In this document: one piece after another, positions 32,537 through 47,500 of the stretch | Position numbering within the stretch: the first letter of the stretch is position 1 | Layout: every line of letters starts with the position of its first letter | NCBI RefSeq assembly: GCF_006345805.1 | Contig: NW_021833228.1 | Coordinates: 124,001 to 188,000 of the forward strand | Source of the DNA: Octopus sinensis | Taxonomy: Eukaryota | DNA: 64,000 nucleotides | Direction of reading: 5' to 3' | Made by a program: the position numbers and the translations under genes | Notes under the pieces: model-generated | Seen by the model: only the letters and a program-made list of their open reading frames with translations | Told to the model about the DNA's origin: nothing | Database searches by the model: none

Positions 32537-35500
32537 ACTGGTAGAATGTGTCAAAAGAAAACATTATTTGGATCTTTCCCTTTTGATAGACAGATTTCAA
32601 CACAATTTCTAGTTAACTAAAGACTTTTAAACTTCGTATACTGGTAGAAGAATGTGTCAAAAGACAACATTATTTGGATCTTTTCCTTTTGATAGACAGA
32701 TTTCAACACAATTTCTAGTTAACTAAACACTTTTAAACTTCGTATACTGGTAGAATGTGTCAAAAGACAACATTATTTGGATCTTTTCCTTTTGATAGAC
32801 AGATTTCAACACAATTTCTAGTTAACTAAACACTTTTAAACTTCGTATACTGGTAGAATGTGTCAAAAGACAACGTTATTTGGATCTTTTCCTTTTGATA
32901 GACAGATTTCAACACAATTTCTAGTTAACTAAACACTTTAAAACTTCGTATACTGGTAGAATGTGTCAAAAGACAACATTATTTGGATCTTTTCCTTTTG
33001 ATAGACAGATTTCAACACAATTTCTAGTTAACTAAACACTTTAAAACTTCGTATACTGGTAGAATGTGTCAAAAGACAACATTATTTGGATCTTTTCCTT
33101 TTGATAGACAGATTTCAACACAATTTCGAGTTAACTAAACACTTTTAAACTTCGTATACTGGTAGGATGTGTCGAAAGAAAACATTATTTGGATCTTTCC
33201 CTTTTGATAGACAGATTTCAACACAATTTCTAGTTAACTAAACACTTTAAAACTTCGTATACTGGTAGAATGTGTCAAAAGACAACATTATTTGGATCTT
33301 TTCCTTTTGATAGACAGATTTCACAACACAATTTCTAGTTAACTAAACACTTTTAAACTTCGTATACTGGTAGAATGTGTCAAAAGACAACATTATTTGG
33401 ATCTTTTCCTTTTGATAGACAGATTTCAATACAATTTCTAGTTAACTAAACACTTTTAAACTTCGTATACTGGTAGAATGTGTCAAAAGAAAACATTATT
33501 TGGATCTTCCCTTTTGATAGACAGATTTCAACACACAATTTCTAGTTAACTAAACACTTTTAAAACTTCGTATACTGGTAGAATGTGTCAAAAGACAACA
33601 TTATTTGGATCTTTTCCTTTTGATAGACAGATTTCAACACAATTTCTAGTTAACTGAACACTTTTAAACTTCGTATACTGGTAGAATGTGTCGAAAGAAA
33701 ACATTATTTGAATCTTTCCCTTTTGATAGACAGATTTCAACACACATTTCTAGTTAACTAAATACTTTTAAACTTCGTATACTGGTAGGATGTGTCGAAA
33801 GAAAACATTATTTGGATCTTTCCCTTTTGATAGACAGATTTCAACACAATTTCTAGTTAACTAAACACTTTAAAACTTCGTATACTGGTAGAATGTGTCA
33901 AAAGACAACATTATTTGGATCTTTTCCTTTTGATAGACAGATTTCAACACAATTTCTAGTTAACTAAACACTTTTAAACTTCGTATACTGGTAGAATGTG
34001 TCAAAAGACAACATTATTTGGATCTTTTCCTTTTGATAGACAGATTTCAATACAATTTCTAGTTAACTAAACACTTTTAAACTTCGTATACTGGTAGAAT
34101 GTGTCAAAAGAAAACATTATTTGGATCTTTCCCTTTTGATAGACAGATTTCAACACAATTTCTAGTTAACTAAAGACTTTTAAACTTCGTATACTGGTAG
34201 AATGTGTCAAAAGACAACATTATTTGGATCTTTTCCTTTTGATAGACAGATTTCAACACAATTTCTAGTTAACTGAACACTTTTAAACTTCGTATACTGG
34301 TAGAATGTGTCGAAAGAAAACATTATTTGAATCTTTCCCTTTTGATAGACAGATTTCAACACAATTTCTAGTTAACTAAATACTTTTAAACTTCGTATAC
34401 TGGTAGGATGTGTCGAAAGAAAACATTATTTGGATCTTTCCCTTTTGATAGACAGATTTCAACACAATTTCTATTGAACTAAACACTTTTAAACTTCGTA
34501 TACTTGTAGAATGTGTCGAAAGAAAACATTATTTGGATCTTTTCCTTTTGAACGGCTGTTTTCAACACAATTTCTAGTTAACTAAACACTTTTAAACTTC
34601 GTATACTGGTAGAATGTGTCAAAAGACAACATTATTTGGATCTTTTCCTTTTGATAGACAGATTTCAACACAATTTCTAGTTAACTAAACACTTTTAAAC
34701 TTCGTATACTGGTAGAATGTGTCGAAAGAAAACATTATTTGGATCTTTCCCTTTTGATAGACAGATTTCAACACAATTTCTAGTTAACTAAACACTTTTA
34801 AACATCGTATACTGGTGTAGTAGAATGTGTCAAAAGACAACATTATTTGGATCTTTTCCTTTGATAGACAGATTTCAACACAATTTCTAGTTAACTAAAC
34901 ACTTTTAAACTTCGTATACTGGTAGAATGTGTCAAAAGACAACATTATTTGGATCTTTTCCTTTTGATAGACAGATTTCAACACAATTTCTAGTTAACTA
35001 AACACTTTAAAACTTCGTATACTGTAGTAGAATGTGTCAAAAGACAACGTTATTTGGATCTTTTCCTTTTGATAGACAGATTTCAACACAATTTCTAGTT
35101 AACTAAACACTTTAAAACTTCGTATACTGGTAGAATGTGTCAAAAGACAACATTATTTGGATCTTTTCCTTTTGATAGACAGATCTCAACACAATTTCTA
35201 GTTAACTAAACACTTTAAAACTTCGTATACTGGTAGAATGTGTCAAAAGACAACATTATTTGGATCTTTTCCTTTTGATAGACAGATTTCAACACAATTT
35301 CGAGTTAACTAAACACTTTTAAACTTCGTATACTGGTAGAATGTGTCAAAAGAAAACATTATTTGGATCTTTTCCTTTTGATAGACAGATTTCAACACAA
35401 TTTCTAGTTAACTAAACACTTTTAAACTTCGTATACTGGTAGAATGTGTCAAAAGACAACGTTATTTGGATCTTTTCCTTTTGATAGACAGATTTCAACA

Positions 35501-38500
35501 CAATTTCTAGTTAACTAAACGCTTTTAAACTTCGTATACTGGTAGAATGTGTCAAAAGAAAACATTACTTGCATCTTTTCCTTTTGATAGACAGATTTCA
35601 ACACAATTTCTAGTTAACTAAACACTTTTAACTTCGTATACTGGTAACTGGTAGAATGTGTCAAAAGACAACATTATTTGGATCTTTCCTTTTGATAGAC
35701 AGATTTCAACACAATTTCTAGTTAACTAAACACTTTTAACTTCGTATACTGTGTAGAATGTGTCGAAAAAAACATTATTTGGATCTTTTCCTTTTGATAG
35801 ACAAATTTCAACACAATTTCTAGTAAACTAAACACATTTAAACTTCGTATACTGGTAGAATGTGTCGAAAGAAAACAGTATTTGGATCTTTCCCTTTTGA
35901 TAGACAGATTTCAACACAATTTCTAGTTAACTAAACACTTTAAACTTCGTATATGGTAGTAGATAGAATGTGTCAAAAGACAACATTATTTGGATCTTTT
36001 CCTTTTGATAGACAGATTTCAACACAATTTCGAGTTAACTAAACACTTTTAAACTTCGTATACTGGTAGGATGTGTAGAAAGACAACATTATTTGGATCT
36101 TTTCCTTTTGATAGACAGATTTCAACACAATTTCTAGTTAACTAAACACTTTTAAACTTCGTATACTGGTAGAATGTGTCAAAAGACAACATTATTTGGA
36201 TCTTTTCCTTTTGATAGATAGATTTCAACACAATTTCGAGTTAACTAAACACTTTTAAACTTCGTATACTGGTAGGATGTGTCGAAAGAAAACATTATTT
36301 GGATCTTTCCCTTTTGATAGACAGATTTCAACACAATTTCTAGTTAACTAAACACTTTTAAACTTCGTATACTGGTAGAATGTGTCAGAAGACAACATTA
36401 TTTGGATCTTTTCCTTTTGATAGACAGATTTCAACACAATTTCTAGTTAACTAAACACTTTTAAACTTCGTATACTGGTAGGATGTGTCGAAAGAAGACA
36501 TTATTTGGATCTTTCCCTTTTGATAGACAGATTTCAACACAATTTCTGGTAACTAAACACTTTAAAACTTCGTATACTGGTAGAAATGTGTTAGAATAGA
36601 TGTGTCAAAAGAAAACATTATTTGGATCTTTTCCTTTTGATAGACAGATTTCAACACAATTTCTAGTTAACTAAACACTTTTAACTTCGTATACTGGTAG
36701 TAGAATGTGTCAAAAGACAACATATTTGGATCTTTTCCTTTTGATAGACAGATTTCAACACAATTTCTAGTTAACTAAACACTTTTAAACTTCGTGTACT
36801 GGTAGAATGTGTGTCAAAAGACAACATTATTTGGATTTTCCTTTTGATAGACAGATTTCAACACAATTTCTAGTTAACTAAACACTTTTAAACTTCGTAT
36901 ACTGGTAGAATGTGTCAAAAGACAACATTATTTGGATCTTTTCCTTTTGATAGACAGATTTCACACAATTTCTAGTTAACTAAACACTTTTAAACTTCGT
37001 ATACTTAGTAGTGTGAATAGAATGTGTCAAAAGACAACATATTTGGATCTTATCCTTTTGATAGACAGATTTCAACACAATTTCGAGTTAACTAAACACT
37101 TTTAAACTTCGTATACTGGTAGGATGTGTCGAAAGAAAACATTATTTGGATCTTTCCCTTTTGATAGACAGATTTCAACACAATTTCTAGTTAACTAAAC
37201 ACTTTTAAACTTCGTATACTGGTAGAATGTGTCGAAAGAAAACATTATTTGGATCTTTCCCTTTTGATAGACAGATTTCAACACAATTTCTAGTTAACTA
37301 AACACTTTTAAACTTCGTATACTGGTAGAATGTGTCAAAAGACAACATTATTTGGATCTTTTCCTTTTGATAGACAGATTTCAACACAATTCTAGTTAAC
37401 TAAACACTTTTAAACTTCGTATACTGGTAGAATGTGTGTCAAAAGACAACATTATTTGGATCTTTCCTTTTGATAGACAGATTTCAACACAATTTCGAGT
37501 TAACTAAACACTTTTAAACTTCGTATACTGGTAGGATGTGTCGAAAGAAAAATTATTTGGATCTTTCCTTTTGATAGACAGATTTCAACACATTTCTAGT
37601 TAACTAAACACTTTTAAACTTCGTATACTGTAGAATGTGTAGAATGTGTCAAAAGACAACATTATTTGGATCTTTTCCTTTTGATAGACAGATTTCAACA
37701 CAATTTCTAGTTAACTAAACACTTTTAAACTTCGTATACTGGTAGAATGTGTCAAAAGACAACATTATTTGGATCTTTTCCTTTTGATAGACAGATTTCA
37801 ACACAATTTCTAGTTAACTAAACACTTTTAAACTTCGTATACTGGTAGAATGTGTCAAAAGAAAACATTATTTGGATCTTTCCCTTTTGATAGACAGATT
37901 TCAACACAATTTCTAGTTAACTAAAGACTTTTAAACTTCGTATACTGGTAGAATGTGTCAAAAGACAACATTATTTGGATCTTTTCCTTTGATAGACAGA
38001 TTTCAACACAATTTCTAGTTAACTAAACACTTTTTAAACTTCGTATACGTATAGGTAGAATGTGTCGAAAGAAAACATTATTTGAATCTTTCCTTTTGAT
38101 AGACAGATTTCAACACAATTTCTAGTTAACTAAATACTTTTAAACTTCGTATATGGTAGGATGTGTCGAAAGAAAACATTATTTGGATCTTTTCCTTTTG
38201 ATAGACAGATTTCACACAATTTCTAGTTAACTAAACACTTTTAAACTTCGTATACTGGTAGAATGTGTCAAAAGAAAACATTATTTGGATCTTTCCCTTT
38301 TGATAGACAGATTTCAACACAATTTCTAGTTAACTAAACACTTTTAAACTTCGTATACTGGTAGAATGTGTCAAAAAACAACTTTATTTGGATCTTTTCC
38401 TTTTGATAGACAGATTTCAGCAGAAATTCTAGTTAACTAAACACTTTTAAACTTCGTATACTGGTAGGATGTGTCGAAAGAAAACATTATTTGGATCTTT

Positions 38501-41500
38501 TCCTTTTGAACGGCAGTTATCAACACAATTTCTAGTTAACTAAACACATTTAAACTTCGTATACTGGTAGAATGTGTCGAAAAAAACATTATTTGGATCT
38601 TTCCCTTTTGATAGACAGATTTCAACACAATTTCTAGTTAACTAAACACTTTTAAACTTCGTATACTGTAGTAGAATGTGTCAAAAGACAACATTATTTG
38701 GATCTTTCCTTTTGATAGACAGATTTCAACACAATTTCGAGTTAACTAAACACTTTTAAACTTCGTATACTGGTAGGATGTGTAGAAAGACAACATTATT
38801 TGGATCTTTTCCTTTTGATAGACAGATTTCAACACAATTTCTAGTTAACTAAACACTTTTAAACTTCGTATACTGGTAGAATGTGTCAAAAGACAACATT
38901 ATTTGGATCTTTTCTTTTGATAGATAGATTTCAACACAATTTCGAGTTAACTAAACACTTTTAAACTTCGTATACTGGTAGGATGTGTCGAAAGAAAACA
39001 TTATTGGATCTTTCCTTTTGATAGACAGATTTCAACACAATTTCTAGTTAACTAAACACTTTTAAACTTCGTATACTGGTAGAATGTGTCAAAAGACAAC
39101 ATTATTTGGATCTTTTCCTTTTGATAGACAGATTTCAACACAATTTCTAGTTAACTAAACACTTTTAAACTTCGTATACTGGTACGATGTGTCGAAAGAA
39201 GACATTATTTGGATCTTTCCCTTTTGATAGACAGATTTCAACACAATTTCTGGTTAACTAAACACTTTAAAACTTCGTATACTGGTAGAATGTGTCAAAA
39301 GACAACATTATTTGGATCTTTTCCTTTTGATAGACAGATTTCAACACAATTTCTAGTTAACTAAACACTTTTAAACTTCGTATACTGGTAGAATGTGTCA
39401 AAAGACAACATTATTTGGATCTTTTCCTTTTGATAGACAGATTTCAACACAATTTCTAGTTAACTAAACACTTTTTAAACTCGTATACTGGTAGAATGTG
39501 TCGAAAGAAAACATTATTTGGATCTTTCCCTTTTGATAGACAGATTTCAACACAATTTCTAGTTAACTAAACACTTTTAACTTCGTATACTGGTAGAATG
39601 TGTCAAAAGACAACATTATTTGGATCTTTTCCTTTTGATAGACAGATTTCAACACAATTTCTAGTTAACTAAACACTTTTAAACTTCGTATACTGGTAGA
39701 ATGTGTCAAAAGACAACATTATTTGGATCTTATCCTTTTGATAGACAGATTTCAACACAATTTCGAGTTAACTAAACACTTTTAAACTTCGTATACTGGT
39801 AGGATGTGTCGAAAGAAAACATTATTTGGATCTTTCCCTTTTGATAGACAGATTTCAACACAATTTCTAGTTAACTAAACACTTTTAAACTTCGTATACT
39901 GGTAGGTAGAATGTGTCAAAAGACAACATTATTTGGATCTTTCCTTTTGATAGACAGATTTCAACACAATTTCTAGTTAACTAAACACTTTTAAACTTCG
40001 TATACTGGTAGAATGTGTCGAAAGAAAACATTATTTGAATCTTTCCCTTTTGATAGACAGATTTCAACACAATTTCTAGTTAACTAAATACTTTTAAACT
40101 TCGTATACTGGTAGGATGTGTCGAAAGAAAACATTATTTGGATCTTTTCCTTTTGATAGACAGATTTCAACACAATTTCTAGTTAACTAAACACTTTTAA
40201 ACTTCGTATACTGGTAGAATGTGTCAAAAGAAAACATTATTTGGATCTTTCCCTTTTGATAGACAGATTTCAACAGAATTTCTAGTTAACTAAACACTTT
40301 TAAACTTCGTATACTGGTAGAATGTGTCAAAAAACAACTTTATTTGGATCTTTTCCTTTTGATAGACAGATTTCAACACAATTTCTAGTTAACTAAACAC
40401 TTTTAAACTTCGTATACTGGTAGAATGTGTCAAAAGACAACATTATTTGGATCTTTTCCTTTTGATAGACAGATTTCAACACAATTTCTAGTTAACTAAA
40501 CACTTTTAAACTTCGTATACTGTTGGTAGAATGTGTCAAAGAAAGACAACATTATTTGGATCTTTTCCTTTTGATAGACAGATTTCAACACAATTTCGAG
40601 TTAACTAAACACTTTTAAACTTCGTATACTGGTAGGATGTGTCGAAAGAAAACATTATTTGGATCTTTCCTTTTGATAGACAGATTTCAACACAATTTCT
40701 AGTTAACTAAACACTTTTAAACTTCGTATACTGGTAGAATAGAATGTGTCAAAAGACAACATTATTTGGATCTTTTCCTTTTGATAGACAGATTTCAACA
40801 CAATTTCTAGTTAACTAAACACTTTTAAACTTCGTATACTGGTAGAATGTGTCAAAAGACAACATTATTTGGATCTTTTCCTTTTGATAGACAGATTTCA
40901 ACACAATTTCTAGTTAACTAAACACTTTTAAACTTCGTATAATAGGTGTAGAATGTGTCAAAAGAAAACATTATTGGATCTTTCCCTTTGATAGACAGAT
41001 TTCAACACAATTTCTAGTTAACTAAAGACTTTTAAACTTCGTATACTGGTGTAGAATGTGTCAAAAGACAACATTATTTGGATCTTTTCCTTTTGATAGA
41101 CAGATTTCAACACAATTTCTAGTTAACTAAACACTTTTAAACTTCGTATACTGGTAGAATGTGTCGAAAGAAAACATTATTTGAATCTTTCCTTTTGATA
41201 GACAGATTTCAACACAATTTCTAGTTAACTAATACTTTTAAACTTCGTATACTGGTAGGATGTGTCGAAAGAAAACATTATTTGGATCTTTTCCTTTTGA
41301 TAGACAGATTTCAACACAATTTCTAGTTAACTAAACACTTTTAAACTTCGTATACTGGTAGAATGTGTCAAAAGAAAACATTATTTGGATCTTTCCCTTT
41401 TGATAGACAGATTTCAACACAATTTCTAGTTAACTAAACACTTTTAAACTTCGTATACTGGTAGAATGTGTCAAAAAACAACTTTATTTGGATCTTTTCC

Positions 41501-44500
41501 TTTTGATAGACAGATTTCAGCACAAATTCTAGTTAACTAAACACTTTTAAACTTCGTATACTGGTAGGATGTGTCGAAAGAAAACATTATTTGGATCTTT
41601 TCCTTTTGAACGGCAGTTATCAACACAATTTCTAGTTAACTAAACACATTTAAACTTCGTATACTGGTAGAATGTGTCGAAAGAAAACAGTATTTGGATC
41701 TTTCCCTTTTGATAGACAGATTTCAACACAATTTCTAGTTAACTAAACACTTTTAACTTCGTATACTGTATACTGGTAGAATGTGTCAAAAGACAACATT
41801 ATTTGGATCTTTTCCTTTTGATAGACAGATTTCAACACAATTTCGAGTTAACTAAACACTTTTAAACTTCGTATACTGGTAGAGATGTGTCAAAAGACAA
41901 CATTATTTGGATCTTTTCCTTTTGATAGACAGATTTCAACACAATTTCTAGTTAACTAAACACTTTTAAATCGTATACTGGTAGATAGAATGTGTCAAAA
42001 GACAACATTATTTGGATCTTTTCCTTTTGATAGATAGATTTCAACACAATTTCGAGTTAACTAAACACTTTTAAACTTCGTATACTGGTAGGATGTGTCG
42101 AAAGAAAACATTATTTGGATCTTTCCCTTTTGATAGACAGATTTCAACACAATTTCTAGTTAACTAAACACTTTTAAACTTCGTATACTGGTAGAATGTG
42201 TCAAAAGACAACATTATTTGGATCTTTTCCTTTTGATAGACAGATTTCAACACAATTTCTAGTTAACTAAACACTTTTAAACTTCGTATACTGGTACGAT
42301 GTGTCGAAAGAAGACATTATTTGGATCTTTCCCTTTTGATAGACAGATTTCAACACAATTTCTGGTAACTAAACACTTTAAAACTTCGTATACTGGTAGT
42401 AGATGTGTCAAAAGACAACATTATTTGGATCTTTTCCTTTTGATAGACAGATTTCAACACAATTTCTAGTTAACTAAACACTTTTAAACTTCGTATACTG
42501 GTAGTAGTAGAATGTGTCAAAAGACAACATTATTTGGATCTTTTCCTTTGATAGACAGATTTCAACACAATTTCTAGTTAACTAAACACTTTTAAACTTC
42601 GTGTACTGGTAGAATGTGTCGAAAGAAAACATTATTTGGATCTTTTCCTTTTGATAGACAGATTTCAACACAATTTCTAGTTAACTAAACACTTTTAAAC
42701 TTCGTTATACTGGTAGAATGTGTAGAATGTGTCAAAAGACAACATTATTTGGATCTTTTCCTTTTGATAGACAGATTTCAACACAATTTCTAGTTAACTA
42801 ACACTTTTAAACTTCGTATACTGGTAGAATGTGTCAAAAGACAACATTATTTGGATCTTATCCTTTTGATAGACAGATTTCAACACAATTTCGAGTTAAC
42901 TAAACACTTTTAAACTTCGTATACTGGTAGGATGTGTCGAAAGAAAACATTATTTGGATCTTTCCCTTTTGATAGACAGATTTCAACACAATTTCTAGTT
43001 AACTAAACACTTTTAAACTTCGTATACTGGTAGAATAGAATGTGTCAAAAGACAACATTATTTGGATCTTTTCCTTTTGATAGACAGATTTCAACACAAT
43101 TTCTAGTTAACTAAACACTTTTAAACTTCGTATACTGGTAGAATGTGTCGAAAGAAAACATTATTTGAATCTTTCCTTTTGATAGACAGATTTCAACACA
43201 ATTTCTAGTTAACTAAATACTTTTAACTTCGTATACTGGTAGGATGTGTCAAAAGAAAACATTATTTGGATCTTTTCCTTTTGATAGACAGATTTCAACA
43301 CAATTTCTAGTTAACTAAACACTTTAAACTTCGTATACTGGTAGAATGTGTCAAAAGAAAACATTATTTGGATCTTTCCCTTTGATAGACAGATTTCAAC
43401 ACAATTTCTAGTTAACTAAACACTTTTAAACTTCGTGTACTGGTAGAATGTGTCAAAAAACAACTTTATTTGGATCTTTTCCTTTTGATAGACAGATTTC
43501 AGCACAAATTCTAGTTAACTAAACACTTTTAAACTTCGTATACTGGTAGGATGTGTCGAAAGAAAACATTATTTGGATCTTTTCCTTTTGAACGGCAGTT
43601 ATCAACACAATTTCTAGTTAACTAAACACATTTAAACTTCGTATACTGGTAGAATGTGTCGAAAGAAAACAGTATTTGGATCTTTCCCTTTTGATAGACA
43701 GATTTCAACACAATTTCTAGTTAACTAAACACTTTTAAACTTCGTATACTGGTAGAATGTGTCAAAAGACAACATTATTTGGATCTTTTCCTTTTGATAG
43801 ACAGATTTCAACACAATTTCGAGTTAACTAAACACTTTTAAACTTCGTATATGGTGGTAGGATGTGTAGAAAGAAAGACAACATTATTTGGATCTTTTCC
43901 TTTTGATAGACAGATTTCAACACAATTTCTAGTTAACTAAACACTTTTAAACTTCGTATACTGGTAGAATGTGTCAAAAGACAACATTATTTGGATCTTT
44001 TCCTTTTGATAGATAGATTTCAACACATTTCGAGTTAACTAAACACTTTTAAACTTCGTATACTGGTAGGATGTGTCGAAAGAAAACATTATTGGATCTT
44101 TTCCTTTTGATAGACAGATTTCAACACAATTCTAGTTAACTAAAACTTTTTAAACTTCGTATACTGGTAGAATGTGTCAAAAGACAACATTATTGGATCT
44201 TTCCTTTTGATAGACAGATTTCAACACAATTTCTAGTTAACTAAACACTTTTAAACTTCGTATACTGGTACGATGTGTCGAAAGAAGACATTATTTGGAT
44301 CTTTCCCTTTTGATAGACAGATTTCAACACAATTTCTGGTAACTAAACACTTTAAAACTTCGTATACTGGTAGAATGTGTCAAAAGAACATTATTTGGAT
44401 CTTTTCCTTTTGATAGACAGATTTCAACACAATTTCTAGTTAACTAAACACTTTTAAACTTCGTATGGTGGTAGAATGTGTCAAAAGACAACATTATTTG

Positions 44501-47500
44501 GATCTTTTCTTTTGATAGACAGATTTCAACACAATTTCTAGTTAACTAAACACTTTTAAACTTCGTGTACTGGTAGAATGTGTCGAAAGAAAACATTATT
44601 TGGATCTTTCCCTTTTGATAGACAGATTTCAACACAATTTTAGTTAACTAAACACTTTAAAACTTCGTATACTGTAGAATGTGTAGAATGTGTCAAAAGA
44701 CAACATATTTGGATCTTTTCCTTTTGATAGACAGATTTCAACACAATTTCTAGTTAACTAAACACTTTTAAACTTCGTATACTGGTAGAATGTGTCAAAA
44801 GACAACATTATTTGGATCTTATCCTTTTGATAGACAGATTTCAACACAATTTCGAGTTAACTAAACACTTTTAAACTTCGTATACTGGTAGGATGTGTCG
44901 AAAGAAAACATTATTTGGATCTTTCCCTTTTGATAGACAGATTTCAACACAATTTCTAGTTAACTAAACACTTTTAAACTTCGTATACTGGTAGAATGTG
45001 TCGAAAGAAAACATTATTTGGATCTTTCCCTTTTGATAGACAGATTTCAACACAATTTCTAGTTAACTAAACACTTTTAAACTTCGTATACTGGTAGAAT
45101 GTGTCAAAAGACAACATTATTTGGATCTTTTCCTTTTGATAGACAGATTTCAACACAATTTCTAGTTAACTAAACACTTTTAAACTTCGTATACTGGTAG
45201 AATGTGTCAAAAGACAACATTATTTGGATCTTTTCCTTTTGATAGACAGATTTCAACACAATTTCGAGTAACTAAACACTTTTAAACTTCGTATACTGGT
45301 AGAATGTGTCAAAAGACAACATTATTTGGATCTTTTCCTTTGATAGACAGATTTCAACACAATTTCGAGTTAACTAAACACATTTAAACTTCGTATACTG
45401 GTAGGATGTGTCGAAAGAAAACATTATTTGGATCTTTCCCTTTTGATAGACAGATTTCAACACAATTGCTAGTTAACTAAACACTTTTAAACTTCGTATA
45501 CTGGTAGAATGTGTCGAAAGAAAACATTGTTTGGATCATTCCTTTTTGATAGACAGTTTTCAACACAATTTCTAGTTAACTAAACACTTTTAAACTTCGT
45601 ATACTGGTAGAATGTGTCAAAAGACAACATTCTTTGGATCTTTTCCTTTTGATAGACAGTTTTCAACACAATTTCTAGTTAACTAAACACTTTTAAACTT
45701 CGTATACTGTTAGGATGTGTCGAAAGAAAACATTATTTGGATCTTTCCCTTTTGATAGACAGATTTCAACACAATTTCTAGTTAACTAAACACTTTAAAA
45801 CTTCGTATATGTAGTAGAATGTGTCAAAAGACAACATATTTGGATCTTTTCCTTTTGATAGACAGATTTCAACACAATTTCTAGTTAACTAAACACTTTT
45901 AAACTTCGTATACTGGTAGAATATGTCAAAAGACAACATTATTTGGATCTTTTCCTTTTGATAGACAGATTTCAACACAATTTCTAGTTAACTAAAGACT
46001 TTTAAACTTCGTATACTGGTAGAATGTGTCGAAAGAAAACATTATTTGCATCTTTCCCTTTTGATAGACAGATTTCAACACAATTTCTAGTTAACTAAAC
46101 ACTTTTAAACATCGTATACTGGTAGAATGTGTCAAAAGACAACATTATTTGGATCTTTTCCTTTTGATAGACAGATTTCAACACAATTTCTAGTTAACTA
46201 AACACTTTTAAACTTCGTATACTGGTTGAATGTGTCGAAAGAAAACATTATCTGAATCTTTCCCTTTTGATAGACAGATTTCAACACAATTTCTAGTTAA
46301 CTAAACACTTTTAAACTTCGTATACTGGTAGAATGTGTCAAAAAACAACTTTATTTGGATCTTTTCCTTTTGATAGACAGATTTCAGCACAAATTCTAGT
46401 TAACACAATTTCTAGTTAACTAAACACTTTTAAACTTCGTATACTGGTAGAATGTGTCGAAAGAAAACATTATCTGAATCTTTCCCTTTTGATAGACAGA
46501 TTTCAACACAATTTCTAGTTAACTAAACACTTTTAAACTTCGTATACTGGTAGAATGTGTCAAAAAACAACTTTATTTGGATCTTTTCCTTTTGATAGAC
46601 TTCGTATACTGGTAGGATGTGTCGAAAGAAAACATTATTTTGGATCTTTTCCTTTTGAACGGCAGTTATCAACATAATTTCTAGTTAACTAAACACTTTT
46701 AAACTTCGTATACTGGTAGAATGTGTCAAAAGACAACATTATTTGGATCTTTTCCTTTTGATAGACAGATTTCAACACAATTTCGAGTTAACTAAACACT
46801 TTTAAACTTCGTATACTGGTAGGATGTGTCAGAAGAAAACATTATTTGGATCTTTCCCTTTTGATAGAGAGATTTCAACACAATTTCTAGTTAACTAAAC
46901 ACTTTTAAACTTCGTATACTGGTAGAATGTGTCAAAAGACAACATTGTTTGGATCATTCCCTTTTGTTAGACAGTTTTCAACACAATTTCTAGTTAACTA
47001 AACACTTTTAAACTTCGTATACTGGTAGAATGTGTCAAAAGACAACATTATTTGGATCTTTTCCTTTTGATAGACAGATTTCAACACAATTTCTAGTTAA
47101 CTAAACACTTTTAAACTTCGTATACTGGTAGGATGTGTCGAAAGAAAACATTATTTGGATCTTTCCCTTTTGATAGACAGATTTCAACACAATTTCTAGT
47201 TAACTAAACACTTTAAAACTTCGTATACTGGTAGAATGTGTCAAAAGACAACATTATTTGGATCTTTTCCTTTTGATAGACAGATTTCAACACAATTTCT
47301 AGTTAACTAAACACTTTTAAACTTCGTATACTGTAGTAGAATGTGTCAAAAGAAAACATTATTTGGATCTTTCCCTTTTGATAGACAGATTTCAACACAA
47401 TTTCTAGTTAACTAAACATTTTAAACTTCGTATACTGGTAGATAGAATGTGTCGAAAGAAAACATTATCTGAATCTTTCCCTTTTGATAGACAGATTTCA

